32,000 nt of DNA from Candidatus Electrothrix yaqonensis (GCA_047651235.1 CP178758.1:2010001-2042000); one strand, 5' to 3'. Positions 1 to 9,042 are shown, numbered from the stretch's first letter. The notes: generated by a model from the sequence alone, not told the origin. Numbers and translations are program-made.

Positions 1-389
1 AGCGTCAGACACTCGTCGTCCAGATCGGCACCTTTGGTGTCTTCATAGGCATTGGCAGCACCCTCAGCGGTTGTCCGGATGGGGAATTTGAAGCGCTTGA
101 TGTTGCCGTTACGGAACTTGATTGTCCACATGATGGAATCGGAAGAACGCATCGGGTGTACCTGACCGCCCATGGGTACAAAGTCATCATAACCGCGGAC
201 AGCGATAGCGCCCTGGGGACAGATCTTGACGCAGGAGTAGCACTCCCAGCATGCATCAGGCTCCTGATTGTATGCCTTCATCTGCTCGGTATTCAGTACC
301 ATCAGATCGTTGGGGCAGATGTACATACATGCGGTCTTGTCACCACCTTTGCAACCGTCACATTTTTCCGGATTCACGTAACTTGGCAT
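1..389 (-). CDS. aprB: Adenylylsulfate (APS) reductase beta subunit, N-terminal about 129 codons; continues past the left edge
   Basis: Not in the ORF track because it is open at the window edge. ATG at 389-387 follows GAGGAGG. Translation MPSYVNPEKCDGCKGGDKTACMYICPNDLMVLNTEQMKAYNQEPDACWECYSCVKICPQGAI...IMWTIKFRNGNIKRFKFPIRTT has the two ferredoxin-type Cys clusters and the conserved AprB core. Confidence 0.9.
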   Translation of the reverse strand, partial: MPSYVNPEKCDGCKGGDKTACMYICPNDLMVLNTEQMKAYNQEPDACWECYSCVKICPQGAIAVRGYDDFVPMGGQVHPMRSSDSIMWTIKFRNGNIKRFKFPIRTTAEGAANAYEDTKGADLDDECLT

Positions 390-829
390 TTTACTACCTC
401 CTCATAGGATTTTCTTTATGACAGCGCACTCCGCCGCCACAGTAAGACAAACTTAAATTAATTTTAAAAAGGACCGAACCGGACAGCCTGTACTGTGCCG
501 CCGCAACCTCCGGCAGCAGCTATCTTTCTATTTCGCCCTTAAAATTCATCTGTCAGAACAGACCTGCTTTCTGCAGGGTGAGTCACTTAATAATTTGTTG
601 TTCAGTGAATGTCAAGAAAAAATCGTCCGCACAGGGAACAACTCCCTGTTTCCGCTCCACATCAAAAAAACTCATGGAATCTATCACAAATTAACGGAGT
701 ACCCGCATATTCCAGAAAAACCAGCTGGTCACAACCCCCAACAGTTTGAAATAAGAGGGTTCTCTGTTTCTTTTCTTCATCTTTCTTCACGCTTGCTCCG
801 TGCCTCGGATTACTCTTCTCAGATCGCCC

Positions 830-1657
830 TCATATCACCCCCTCCGGCATGGCAGGAACCGGTTTACCGCCCAGAACAAAGCCGCCGTCCAGGCGCAAAA
901 CAGAGCCGGTCATGAACTCTGCATCCCGGACCAAAAATAGCACCGCATCCGCCACCTCCTCCGGTCTGCCTGTCCGTCCGAGCAGCGTATGTTCCATCAG
1001 CTGCTTCTGCTCTGCCGGAGTGAGCAGGCCCCACCCCCGCGTGCCCGGACCGTGGCGAAGATCAATCAGGCCCAGCATGAGTTCATTCACCCTGATAGTC
1101 GGCGCCCCGATTCTTGCCCAGGTTTCAGTCAGGGAACGGACGCCCCGGTTGGCCGCAGCATAGCCGTCATTGAACAGCAGCCCTGCCGGGCCGGAGCGCC
1201 CGGTGAGCGCAGCCATCGAGGAGATATTGACCACGGCCGCCTGTTCCGCCCGGCGCAGTAGCGGAAGGCAGTGCTCGAAGACCAGCCATTTGGCATGCAG
1301 GGTGGTCTCCATTTCCAGCTGCCACTGATCCCGGTTGACCGGCCGATGGTAGCTGCCGTGCACTACGGGCATTCCGCCCCGTTCTATATTATTAATCAGG
1401 ATATGCAGTGTGCCGAATGCTTCCTCCAGCTCCCGCACCATCGCCTGCACACTGTCAGGATTGCGCAGATCGACCTGGGGCATAACATGCCCCATATTTG
1501 TGGCAGCGAATTCTGCTTCCATTTCCCGGCAGGATTCCGGCCAGTCAAACCAGGGCAGGCATAAGCGCACACCGTGGGCGGCAAGTCGGCGGGCAATGGC
1601 CCGTCCTACTCCTCGGCTGGCCCCGAGTACGACAGCGTTTTTTCCGGCAAGCTGCAT
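830..1657 (-). CDS. Short-chain dehydrogenase/reductase (SDR) family oxidoreductase
   Basis: ORF 830..1720. The internal Met at 1657 is preferred (MQLAGKNAVVLGASRGVGRAIA, preceded by GGAGAGGGAG). It has a Gly-rich Rossmann motif and an SDR-like length. Confidence 0.8.
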   Translation of the reverse strand: MQLAGKNAVVLGASRGVGRAIARRLAAHGVRLCLPWFDWPESCREMEAEFAATNMGHVMPQVDLRNPDSVQAMVRELEEAFGTLHILINNIERGGMPVVHGSYHRPVNRDQWQLEMETTLHAKWLVFEHCLPLLRRAEQAAVVNISSMAALTGRSGPAGLLFNDGYAAANRGVRSLTETWARIGAPTIRVNELMLGLIDLRHGPGTRGWGLLTPAEQKQLMEHTLLGRTGRPEEVADAVLFLVRDAEFMTGSVLRLDGGFVLGGKPVPAMPEGVI

Positions 1658-1905
1658 CTGTTCTCCCTCTCCTGTTGCATCGTTCCTTCCGCCACCGGAA
1701 GCATCAGAGCAGAAATGCAAAATTATACATAGCTAAGTCTGAAAGAATTTTTTAGTATGCTCCATCAGTAACAGTCCGTCAAGTACATCAGCGGACTGAT
1801 CAACGGATCGAAACACTGCGGTCTTAGGTAAAAGAAACATACTGAACCGCAGCAGATTCAGCCTGAACTCACCCAAGCAAAACCAAGCAAAAGGAGATTA
1901 GTCCC

Positions 1906-2355
1906 ATGAAACTGTCTATCACAACCCTGATCGGATGCTGCGCAATCCTTGCACTGGCCGGATGCCACAAACCGACGCCGTCCGACCCTTCTGATCCTTC
2001 CATATGCGGAGGGATCCAAGGCCTGTCCTGCCCGGCAGATTATTACTGCGAATACCTTCCGGAGGCAAACTGCGGCAGAGCAGATGCAACCGGTATCTGC
2101 CTCCCGACGCCGCAGGCCTGTACAGAAGAGTACAGACCTGTCTGCGGCTGCGACGGCAAGACCTACAGTAATGTCTGCATGGCGGCAATGGCCGGGATGT
2201 CTGTCGAGCGTCAGGGCGAATGCAGTACAGAACAGCAGATCTGCGGCGGCATTGCTGGACTCCAATGTCCGAAAGGAATGCAATGTGTTGATGATCCCAA
2301 TGATGACTGTGATCCCGCCAAGGGCGGCGCGGACTGCATGGGAATCTGCAGGTAA
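1906..2355 (+). CDS. Secreted lipoprotein with a central Kazal-type protease-inhibitor-like domain flanked by two Cys-rich modules
   Basis: Signal peptide with lipobox (LALAGC). The segment CTEEYRPVCGCDGKTYSNVCMAAMAGMSVERQGEC fits the Kazal pattern (Y-x-PVCG-x-DG-x-TY-x-N-x-C). It is flanked by two ICGGI-x-GL-x-CP modules. Confidence 0.8.
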   Translation: MKLSITTLIGCCAILALAGCHKPTPSDPSDPSICGGIQGLSCPADYYCEYLPEANCGRADATGICLPTPQACTEEYRPVCGCDGKTYSNVCMAAMAGMSVERQGECSTEQQICGGIAGLQCPKGMQCVDDPNDDCDPAKGGADCMGICR

Positions 2356-2374
2356 TAATTCGGCAGCAGGCAGA

Positions 2375-2400
2375 GGGCACGGCATGTCGTGCCCCTTTTT
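2375..2400 (+). terminator. Rho-independent terminator of the lipoprotein gene
   Basis: Stem gggcacg / cgtgccc (7 bp, 6-nt loop) followed by cttttt, 20 nt after the stop codon. Confidence 0.6.
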
Positions 2401-2439
2401 CCTCTGATCCTGCCTGAGGCCAAGATGAGCAAACGCAAC

Positions 2440-2589
2440 ACATCCTTGCAGCCGTCCTTTTTCCGGGCCGACAAACAGGGGCAGTTGCTGTGTACCGCCG
2501 CAGGCCGGATCACGCAGCAGCTCATACCGACCGGGGAGGTGCTGCTCGATGTTCCCGGCTTGCAGATGCAAGGGGTGCTCACTGACCAT
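2440..2589 (-). pseudogene. 3'-truncated paralogous fragment (first about 45 codons) of the gene at 3350..3982
   Basis: MVSEHPLHLQAGNIEQHLPGRYELLRDPACGGTQQLPLFVGPEKGR aligns with MTKHPLHLAVANALAETIEQHFPGQYKLLRDPAC...HLPLFVGPKKGR. DNA similarity is visible between 2440-2589 and 3820-3982. The rest of track ORF 1858..2589 is antisense to the Kazal gene. Confidence 0.6.
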
Positions 2590-3256
2590 CTGCGGGCGTT
2601 TTTAACCTCTCTTTTTCCAGCTTTTCCAGAGCCCCGGAAATTTCTTCTGCAAAGTATTTATGTATAGCATTAGAATGGTCTATGTTACCCAGAATCTGTC
2701 TGAGCTGTTCTTCATTTTTTGCTGGTTCGGAGAGGAGTCGATGAAGAACTTGCTCCCCTTGATAACCTCCCCATTGCAGGATGAAGTCCGCATCGCTACG
2801 GGTGGCCTTTGTGCGCATACTGATCACCAGACCTGTCAGCATACAGGCGAATGCCAAGGCAGAAACGGTTTTCAAACCGACTTGTGCAATTTTTGGCAAT
2901 TTTGCCCGGATTTTCGGCGTAAACCCTTTGGCGGTGGTGCTGGCTGCCAGCAGGCCAAGTAGCCCGAACGGCAATGGGCCAAATAATAAAAAACCGAAAA
3001 AATATGCTGAAAAGGCTAAGGCGATGGAGGTAACTGCATGGCCTCCCAAATTGGAGACGATGAGATAAAGCTCTTTTTCGCTGCTGGCAAGCACCATGAC
3101 TGCACAGAACCAAATAGTCATGCCGTAATACCAAACTGTGCTGTGCGGCAGTATGTGTTCAGTCTGTGCAAACCTGCACGAGGCGCAGGCCGACGCAACG
3201 GTAGGCAGGCCTAACAGACCGATGGCGATACCTGTTGCTTTTGCCGTTCTCTTCAT
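2579..3256 (-). CDS. Hypothetical integral membrane protein (about 4-5 TM) with a C-terminal soluble helical tail
   Basis: 225-aa ORF with several hydrophobic helices followed by a charged tail (EEQLRQILGNIDHSNAIHKYFAEEISGALEKLEKERL). No family recognised. Confidence 0.65.
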   Translation of the reverse strand: MKRTAKATGIAIGLLGLPTVASACASCRFAQTEHILPHSTVWYYGMTIWFCAVMVLASSEKELYLIVSNLGGHAVTSIALAFSAYFFGFLLFGPLPFGLLGLLAASTTAKGFTPKIRAKLPKIAQVGLKTVSALAFACMLTGLVISMRTKATRSDADFILQWGGYQGEQVLHRLLSEPAKNEEQLRQILGNIDHSNAIHKYFAEEISGALEKLEKERLKTPADGQ

Positions 3257-3349
3257 TTCATTTTTTGTTGATTTTGGCCCAACTGTCCATCAGGTTAATA
3301 ATAATACGGTTAACAGCTCATGGTTCCTTGGGGATATAGTCCACATTGA

Positions 3350-3982
3350 TCATAGGCAGTGATCCTTTTTTTCCCGATAGTCGAACGTTCGGACACCGGC
3401 GGTAATACCTCTCAGTTCGTCAAGAGAGGTGTCAGGAATAAATCTGTCCAGTAGCTTTCGCAACGTATCCAGTCCGTTGCTGTCATCTTTTCCCGCGACA
3501 AGGAGGAGATGATAGTCCATGATCCTTCGCAACGGTAATAGACTCTGTATTTCCCGCTCAATCAGTTGGACCTGTCCTCCTTTTCGTGAACCAGAAGCAG
3601 GAAATTTTGAGCTATCAAGAATCTGGATAAAAGAGGTTTTGTCAGCATAGGGCAGGGGGCCTTCTGGCTGCGAGTCATGGATAAAGTAGTTGGCAAGAGC
3701 TGCCTGAAGAAATTTTCCGCATATTTTGGTTGGCAGAAATCCAGATTCTTCTATTTCTATGATTGCCCTGATTTCTCCAGCGCAAAGGATGAGCAGGTCA
3801 ACACAGCACATCCGTGTTTCCCGTCCTTTCTTGGGGCCGACAAATAAGGGGAGATGTTGTTTTCCATCACAGTTTTCATCGCAGGCCGGATCACGCAACA
3901 GCTTATACTGACCAGGGAAATGCTGTTCAATGGTTTCTGCCAACGCATTAGCTACTGCAAGATGTAAGGGGTGCTTCGTCAT
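3350..3982 (-). CDS. Hypothetical protein, possible PD-(D/E)XK-like nuclease fold
   Basis: ORF 3350..4009. The Met at 3982 (MTKHPLHL) lies 2 nt after the glnS stop. The segment CVDLLILCAGEIRAIIEIEESGFLPTKICGK resembles a D...E-x-E...K nuclease core. This is tentative. Confidence 0.6.
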   Translation of the reverse strand: MTKHPLHLAVANALAETIEQHFPGQYKLLRDPACDENCDGKQHLPLFVGPKKGRETRMCCVDLLILCAGEIRAIIEIEESGFLPTKICGKFLQAALANYFIHDSQPEGPLPYADKTSFIQILDSSKFPASGSRKGGQVQLIEREIQSLLPLRRIMDYHLLLVAGKDDSNGLDTLRKLLDRFIPDTSLDELRGITAGVRTFDYREKKDHCL

Positions 3983-3984
3983 TA

Positions 3985-5673
3985 TTATTTCCCGCTTATC
4001 TTCGCCCAACTATCCCGCAGAGTGACGATACGGTTAAAGACCGGTCTGCCCGGCTGACTCTCTTTGCTGTCCAAACAAAAATAGCCCTGCCGCTCAAACT
4101 GTACCCGATCCTCCACATTCAGTTCTGCCAGTGAAGGCTCCAGGATACTGTTTCCCAGCACCTGACAGGAATCCGGGTTGATGAACTCCTTAAAGTCCTT
4201 TTCCTTATCCGCATCCGGGCTTTCCACGCTGAACAGGCGATCATAGAGGCGGACCTCTGCCGGAACGCCGTGCTTGGCAGCAACCCAATGGATGGTTCCC
4301 TTAACTTTGCGTCCGTCCGGGGCAGAACCGCCCTTAGTCTCAGGATCATAGGTACAGTGCAGCTCAACCACATCGCCGTTCTCATCCTTGATCGCTTCCT
4401 GACAAGTGATCAGATAGGCGTAGCGCAGGCGTACTTCCCGCCCCTCGCTGAGGCGGAAAAATTTTCTGGGCGCGTTCTCCATATAGTCATTCCGTTCCAC
4501 ATAGATCTCCCGGCTAAAAGGCAGGGTGCGCGTTCCCATTTCAGGATGCTGGGGATGGTTTTGCCCCTCCAGCTCCTCCTCCTGGTCTTCCGGGTAATTG
4601 GTGATCACGACCTTCAAAGGCTCAAGCACACCCATGACCCGAGGTGCATGCACATTCAGGTCATCACGCACCGAGTTTTCCAGCACGCCCATGTCGATCC
4701 AGGAATCCCGTTTTCCCACCCCGATGGTGTCGCAGAAATTACGGATGGAGGCAGGCGTGTAGCCGCGTCGCCGCAGGCCGGAGATGGTCAGCATCCGGGG
4801 GTCGTCCCAGCCGTCTACATAGTTCTCGTTGACCAGCTGCAGGAGTTTACGTTTGCTCATTACAGTGAAGTTGATGTTCAGGCGGGCAAACTCGTACTGG
4901 CGCGGGCGGCAGGGTGTTTCTAGGGTATCCAGGACCCAGTCGTAGACTGCACGGTTGTTCTCAAACTCCAGGGTGCAGATGGAATGGGTGATCTGCTCAA
5001 TCATATCGGAGAGGCAGTGGCAGAAATCGTACATCGGGTAGATGCACCATGTATCGCCAGTGCGATGGTGGTGCTTTTTCATGATCCGGTAGATGGCTGG
5101 GTCGCGCATGATCATATTGGGCGAGGCCATGTCGATTTTGGCCCGCAGGGAGCAGGTGCCCTCGGCCAGTTCGCCGTTTTTCATCTGCTCAAACAGGGAC
5201 AGATTTTCCTCCACTGAGCGGTTGCGATACGGGCTTTCCTTGCCCGGCTCGGTCAGGGTGCCCCGGTACTCGCGCATCTCGTCCGCGCTGAGATGGCAGA
5301 CATAGGCCTTGCCCATCTTGATCAGCTCAATCGCAAAGGCGTGGAGCTTATCAAAATAGTCCGAGGCGTAGTAGAGATGCTCGCCCCAGTCAAATCCTAG
5401 CCAGCGTACGTCCTTCTGGATGGCGTCCACGTATTCAGTGGATTCCTTGCTGGGGTTGGTGTCGTCAAAGCGGAGATGGCAGGTGCCATTGTTCTCCTTG
5501 GCAATGCCGAAGTTCAGACAGATGGATTTGGCATGGCCGATATGGAGGAAGCCGTTGGGTTCCGGCGGGAATCGGGTGACGATGTCGCTGTGCTTACCGG
5601 TTTTCAGATCGTCGGCAACGATCTGCCGGATGAAGTCAAGGGGTTTGGATAGGGTGTCAGGGCTGTTTGTCAT
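3985..5673 (-). CDS. glnS: Glutamine--tRNA ligase
   Basis: 562 aa with the class I HIGH (FLHIGHAKS) and KMSKS (VMSKRKL) motifs. The architecture is typical of GlnRS. Confidence 0.97.
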   Translation of the reverse strand: MTNSPDTLSKPLDFIRQIVADDLKTGKHSDIVTRFPPEPNGFLHIGHAKSICLNFGIAKENNGTCHLRFDDTNPSKESTEYVDAIQKDVRWLGFDWGEHLYYASDYFDKLHAFAIELIKMGKAYVCHLSADEMREYRGTLTEPGKESPYRNRSVEENLSLFEQMKNGELAEGTCSLRAKIDMASPNMIMRDPAIYRIMKKHHHRTGDTWCIYPMYDFCHCLSDMIEQITHSICTLEFENNRAVYDWVLDTLETPCRPRQYEFARLNINFTVMSKRKLLQLVNENYVDGWDDPRMLTISGLRRRGYTPASIRNFCDTIGVGKRDSWIDMGVLENSVRDDLNVHAPRVMGVLEPLKVVITNYPEDQEEELEGQNHPQHPEMGTRTLPFSREIYVERNDYMENAPRKFFRLSEGREVRLRYAYLITCQEAIKDENGDVVELHCTYDPETKGGSAPDGRKVKGTIHWVAAKHGVPAEVRLYDRLFSVESPDADKEKDFKEFINPDSCQVLGNSILEPSLAELNVEDRVQFERQGYFCLDSKESQPGRPVFNRIVTLRDSWAKISGK

Positions 5674-5674
5674 A

Positions 5675-5788
5675 TTAAAAAATGTTGGAAATAGTTATCT
5701 GGTGATGAGGATGAACCTTTATGGAGTACAAGCCTTCGGTGGGGTGCGGTTCAAGGCTGAGGAGGTTGATGATTTCGTCCGATGTCAT
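5675..5788 (-). pseudogene. Stub of a DUF985/cupin-like gene (N-terminal about 20 codons, then unrelated tail)
   Basis: MTSDEIINLLSLEPHPTEGLY... resembles the cupin_5/DUF985 N-terminus (L-x-L-x-PHPEGGYF). A second copy of the same segment lies at about 6723-6800. Confidence 0.4.
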
Positions 5789-5832
5789 TGCAAACGTTTT
5801 GTTATCCAGGCAACGCGCCATAAAAGAAACAA

Positions 5833-6720
5833 TCACGCATTATTCTCCGCCTGCAAGGCCCGGATTTCTTCCTCTGTCAGATCAGTCATGTCCGCAACGG
5901 TTCTGATATCCAATGTGCCGATACGGAGGAGCTTTTGTGCTATTTGTACAGCTTTTTTCTTTTCCCCACGTTGTTCTCCTTCCAAAACAGCGGCGGTATA
6001 CGAGGATTCAAACATGCTTGCCTGGTAATGCAGGTTTTCCCGATATCGTTCGTAGGCTCGTCGCTCATTATCAGGAAGTTTCATGATATCAAGTTCGTGC
6101 TTGGCTTTTTCCAGGCCTCTTGCCTGAAATTCCTCCTTTATCTCCTCATTTTTGAGAAAATATATCCACTCGTCCAAGGTGTCTTTGGCAATATCGTTAA
6201 AGCTGTTCACCTTGATAAGGTAGTATTCCGGAAAAATCTGATGCACTTCCTGCTTCTGATAAAGGGCCTGCTGTTTTTTTGACAGCCGAAGAACATCCTG
6301 ATTATGGATACCCAGGAAAGAGGTCGAGCCGTGATAGACATAGTCTGTTCCCTGACCGAGATCAAAATAAAGGATATTCACAGAGATAACTTTGACCACA
6401 GCAGAATAGGGATCACCTTCCTGAAGATGCTCGGTAAGGACTTTGGAGGTGCCGAAGAGAATACGCTGGAGGTAATCAAGCTCGCGGTCGTACTGCACTT
6501 CGATGATCATCAGTTCATCTTGCTGGTTCCTGACCTTCAGATCCACCCTGTTGAACTTGTCCCGATGTTCTTCCTGATTGCCTTCGCTCTCAAGGATTTC
6601 CAGGATATGGATATCCTCTTTCAGGAGTTCGCTGAGAAAACCTTCCAGGATGTCGAAGTTTGCCTTGCTTCGCAGGAGCTTTTTCATGGCCCAGTCAAAG
6701 CTGATGAGTTTTCGTGCCAT
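5833..6720 (-). CDS. Rpn-family recombination-promoting nuclease / PD-(D/E)XK putative transposase
   Basis: 295 aa. The N-terminus ISFDWAMKKLLRSKANFDILEGFLSELL and the core VDLKVRNQQDELMIIEVQ (D...E-x-Q) match the PDDEXK_2/Rpn family as I recall it. The C-terminal HTH-like tail is LDIRTVADMTDLTEEEIRAL. Confidence 0.8.
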   Translation of the reverse strand: MARKLISFDWAMKKLLRSKANFDILEGFLSELLKEDIHILEILESEGNQEEHRDKFNRVDLKVRNQQDELMIIEVQYDRELDYLQRILFGTSKVLTEHLQEGDPYSAVVKVISVNILYFDLGQGTDYVYHGSTSFLGIHNQDVLRLSKKQQALYQKQEVHQIFPEYYLIKVNSFNDIAKDTLDEWIYFLKNEEIKEEFQARGLEKAKHELDIMKLPDNERRAYERYRENLHYQASMFESSYTAAVLEGEQRGEKKKAVQIAQKLLRIGTLDIRTVADMTDLTEEEIRALQAENNA

Positions 6721-6777
6721 AGTTACCGGTAGTATTCGTGGGTTCTGCGGAAATAGCCGCCTTCGGCAGGGTGGGGA

Positions 6778-6849
6778 TCAAGGCTGAGGAAGGCATTCCT
6801 CGGCGCGTTGCATACGGTGCAGCACCAAGTCCTTCTTCCATTCCGTCAC
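6778..6849 (-). pseudogene. HEPN partner stub (23 codons) left downstream of the MNT gene
   Basis: The GTG overlaps the MNT stop as GTGA, the same junction as at 29284. VTEWKKDLVLHRMQRAEECL resembles HEPN N-termini, then hits a stop. It partly overlaps, in another frame, a cupin-like reading FLSLDPHPAEGGYFRRTHEYYR (6723-6800). Confidence 0.4.
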
Positions 6850-7160
6850 AGTCTGACTGCTTCCTGCAGAACCTGCCGGTGGAAGGGCATAACCTGAAAG
6901 ATACCACTGTTCCACTCCTCACGATTCCACACGATTGAGGAAATGATCTCCCCGGACTCCCATTCTATTTCGTAGAGCCTGTGCCGGATTCGGTCCTTGC
7001 GTTCATCGCTGACATGACCGGGAACCAGAATAAGTAAATCCCAGTCTGACTCCCGGACGGCATCCTGACGGGCGCGTGAACCGTACAGCAGGGTCTCGGC
7101 ATCAGGTTCCAGTTCCAGAACAGCCTGTTTTATCTGATCAAGGAGCTTGTTACCGTTCAT
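6846..7160 (-). CDS. Minimal nucleotidyltransferase (MNT, antitoxin-type), apparently orphaned
   Basis: 104 aa with the Pol-beta NTase signature LLYGSRARQDAVRESDWDLLILV. Confidence 0.85.
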   Translation of the reverse strand: MNGNKLLDQIKQAVLELEPDAETLLYGSRARQDAVRESDWDLLILVPGHVSDERKDRIRHRLYEIEWESGEIISSIVWNREEWNSGIFQVMPFHRQVLQEAVRL

Positions 7161-7199
7161 AATATCTGCCTTTCAACATTGCACCGGAGCGACTTGTCA

Positions 7200-7349
7200 T
7201 GATGCGCATTGCGAACCTTTTCGGTGTATCCTGCACGGCTCCGGGTAAGAGAACGCCGTCTTCTGCTAAGGTGCCATTGTAATCACAGACAATGGTGGCA
7301 AGGGTGAGGGTGCCGAAATCAGGGGTTCCTTCAGGTGCTTAACGGTCAT
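7200..7349 (-). pseudogene. Frameshifted N-terminal remnant of a HAD-type (soluble P-type ATPase-like) hydrolase
   Basis: MTVKHLKEP, then in another frame PDFGTLTLATIVCDYNGTLAEDGVLLPGAVQD. The DYNGTLA motif is HAD motif I. The sequence is truncated before the MNT gene. Confidence 0.35.
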
Positions 7350-7374
7350 GCAGGGTGCGCACCTTTGCAGTTGG

Positions 7375-8466
7375 TTAATAGGCCATCATATCGTCCATCA
7401 TAGCGTCATCCATTGAATACTCATCATTTGTATTGTAATCTATAGCTATTATAAATGATGTTGCTTTTTTTCTTTTTTGTGACTCCATTTCTTTTATTGC
7501 TTTGTCCTGCAATAATGCAATTAACTGGTTTTTATCAATATCGTTATTGTTAAAATAACATATAAAATTCCCACGGCTGGGAACATCTAATTCTTCTGTA
7601 TTTTCAAGTTCAAAATAAATAAATATTACTCTCGGTTTTATCTTGAATGACTTAGAAGTCGCCTCTAATATAGCATACTCGACCTTGGAAAACTGTTCGT
7701 TTCTTAATTCATCAATATTAAGATAAAAAGTAACCAAATTAATATAATTTTTGCTCCAACCTCTGTAACCGATATATGAATCCCATCCGTATTTTTCTTC
7801 AATTATTTTCTGAGCAGATTCTATTTGTTGGGTTATTTCTTCATCTTCTTGAAAAAAATGAGAGCACAATTGAGAAAAATCTCTGTTTTTTATAGCCGTC
7901 ACAACTTGACTGACTATGTCTTGAGCAACTTGGGGAGAGGAAATAAAAAGTAACGAAACTATTGATCCGATAAATATTACCGGCAGAAAAAAGTTGGCAA
8001 TTAGCGACTTGAACCAGCTAATCTGATAAACGGCCTTCACAGCAATCAACGAAAGTAGCAGTCCGTATAGACTCATTAGTAGGAAGAGATATCCTACTAA
8101 AGGGGTGACCTGGGGCGATAACATAACAAGTCCGCTGATAATGCCGAGGGGAGCGGTATAAGCTGCTGTTACAAAAAGTAGTTGCTTATATGTTCCCGTA
8201 CCTCTTAAACAACGGGCTATCAGATTGATTATAAAGACATATATCGCTGTACATACCAGAGAGATAATACTCACAAAGGGGGCACATATGAGAGAGTCAG
8301 GTAACGAACCGATCAGTCCACCCATAAAAATCCACTTATATGCCCTGTTGCCGCTGACTGTGGAATCATTTTTTAGTTCTGCAAATGTTTTCACTGAGGG
8401 ATGCGTCACAGCTTGTTTCCAAGCCTCTTGCCATGTGTATGTTTTAGACTCAAGTTTATCAGTCAT
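7375..8466 (-). CDS. Hypothetical membrane protein: N-terminal Yip1-like 5-TM domain plus a C-terminal acidic soluble domain
   Basis: 363-aa ORF. It is visibly much more AT-rich than the flanking DNA. The Yip1-like assignment is from topology and the N-terminal pattern only. Confidence 0.6.
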   Translation of the reverse strand: MTDKLESKTYTWQEAWKQAVTHPSVKTFAELKNDSTVSGNRAYKWIFMGGLIGSLPDSLICAPFVSIISLVCTAIYVFIINLIARCLRGTGTYKQLLFVTAAYTAPLGIISGLVMLSPQVTPLVGYLFLLMSLYGLLLSLIAVKAVYQISWFKSLIANFFLPVIFIGSIVSLLFISSPQVAQDIVSQVVTAIKNRDFSQLCSHFFQEDEEITQQIESAQKIIEEKYGWDSYIGYRGWSKNYINLVTFYLNIDELRNEQFSKVEYAILEATSKSFKIKPRVIFIYFELENTEELDVPSRGNFICYFNNNDIDKNQLIALLQDKAIKEMESQKRKKATSFIIAIDYNTNDEYSMDDAMMDDMMAY

Positions 8467-8572
8467 AAGCAGTTCTTATTAAATCTATTCTATTTTCTGC
8501 TGTCAGGAGCAGTTCACAGGATCAATAAGTGAAATCCTTCAACGCTGGCAATCGTAAAGAGTCAGTAATTTT

Positions 8573-8809
8573 TCACTTATACCCCCCAACCCTCACATCC
8601 AGCACATCCACCAACCGCCCGTAATACTGATCCCGCACCAGGTCCAGCAGGGCGGCATAATCGGCCACGTTGACGGTGAGGTTGCTGACCGCTGATCCGG
8701 CAAAGCCCGGCAGGGTGTATTCGCCGTCCGCCGTGACGGTCACCGTCTCACCCGCAGGCCCGAAGGCTTCACACCAACTCCCAATCCTTAAACACCGGCT
8801 GATACCCAC
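8573..8809 (-). CDS. Hypothetical small ORF or fragment downstream of the thiH-tail remnant
   Basis: GC-rich reading TVTVTADGEYTLPGFAGSAVSNLTVNVADYAALLDLVRDQYYGRLVDVLDV. The annotated start lies inside the repeat, so the true start is unknown. Confidence 0.3.
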   Translation of the reverse strand: MGISRCLRIGSWCEAFGPAGETVTVTADGEYTLPGFAGSAVSNLTVNVADYAALLDLVRDQYYGRLVDVLDVRVGGYK

Positions 8810-8824
8810 TCTACCGGATTATCT
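8768..8824 (-). repeat. Duplicate of the last about 17 codons of thiH (direct repeat of 9026-9083)
   Basis: 45 nt are identical (ttcacaccaactcccaatccttaaacaccggctgatacccactct), and about 10 more match with 2 mismatches. It reads EIIR*SGYQPVFKDWELV* against thiH DMIRESGYQPVFKDWELV*. Confidence 0.85.
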
Positions 8825-8835
8825 CGATCTTGGAA

Positions 8836-9042
8836 TCAATCCTCATTTTTTCGCAATGCCATTGCCTTTTGACTAATTTCCTCAATGCTGCCCTCTTCTT
8901 CATCCAGTTCCCCTCGCCACTTTGTGTAGTCAAAGGGTTCCTGCTGAATCAAGGCAGCCAAACGCTCGGCGTTGAAATATCTCAACAAGCTGGAAAGAAA
9001 GCTGAACAGTTTCAAACGCCACCCTTTCACACCAACTCCCAA
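8836..9042 (-). CDS. Small hypothetical ORF lying between the two thiH-tail repeats
   Basis: 68-aa track ORF with a TTG start inside the thiH tail. The acidic C-terminal half is PFDYTKWRGELDEEEGSIEEISQKAMALRK. No SD or family recognised. Confidence 0.3.
   Translation of the reverse strand: MGVGVKGWRLKLFSFLSSLLRYFNAERLAALIQQEPFDYTKWRGELDEEEGSIEEISQKAMALRKNED

Noticed and set aside
400-830. Small ORFs (for example 595..915) in the aprB upstream region
   Set aside because: There is no RBS or conservation signal. The region is more likely the promoter and long 5' UTR of aprBA. ORF 595..915 also overlaps the end of the SDR gene.
1858-2589. 243-aa minus-strand ORF
   Set aside because: Only its first about 45 codons (2440-2589) resemble a real protein, the paralog of 3350..3982. 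The remainder is antisense to the well-supported Kazal lipoprotein gene and crosses its terminator.
4270-4923. 217-aa plus-strand ORF
   Set aside because: It is antisense to glnS.
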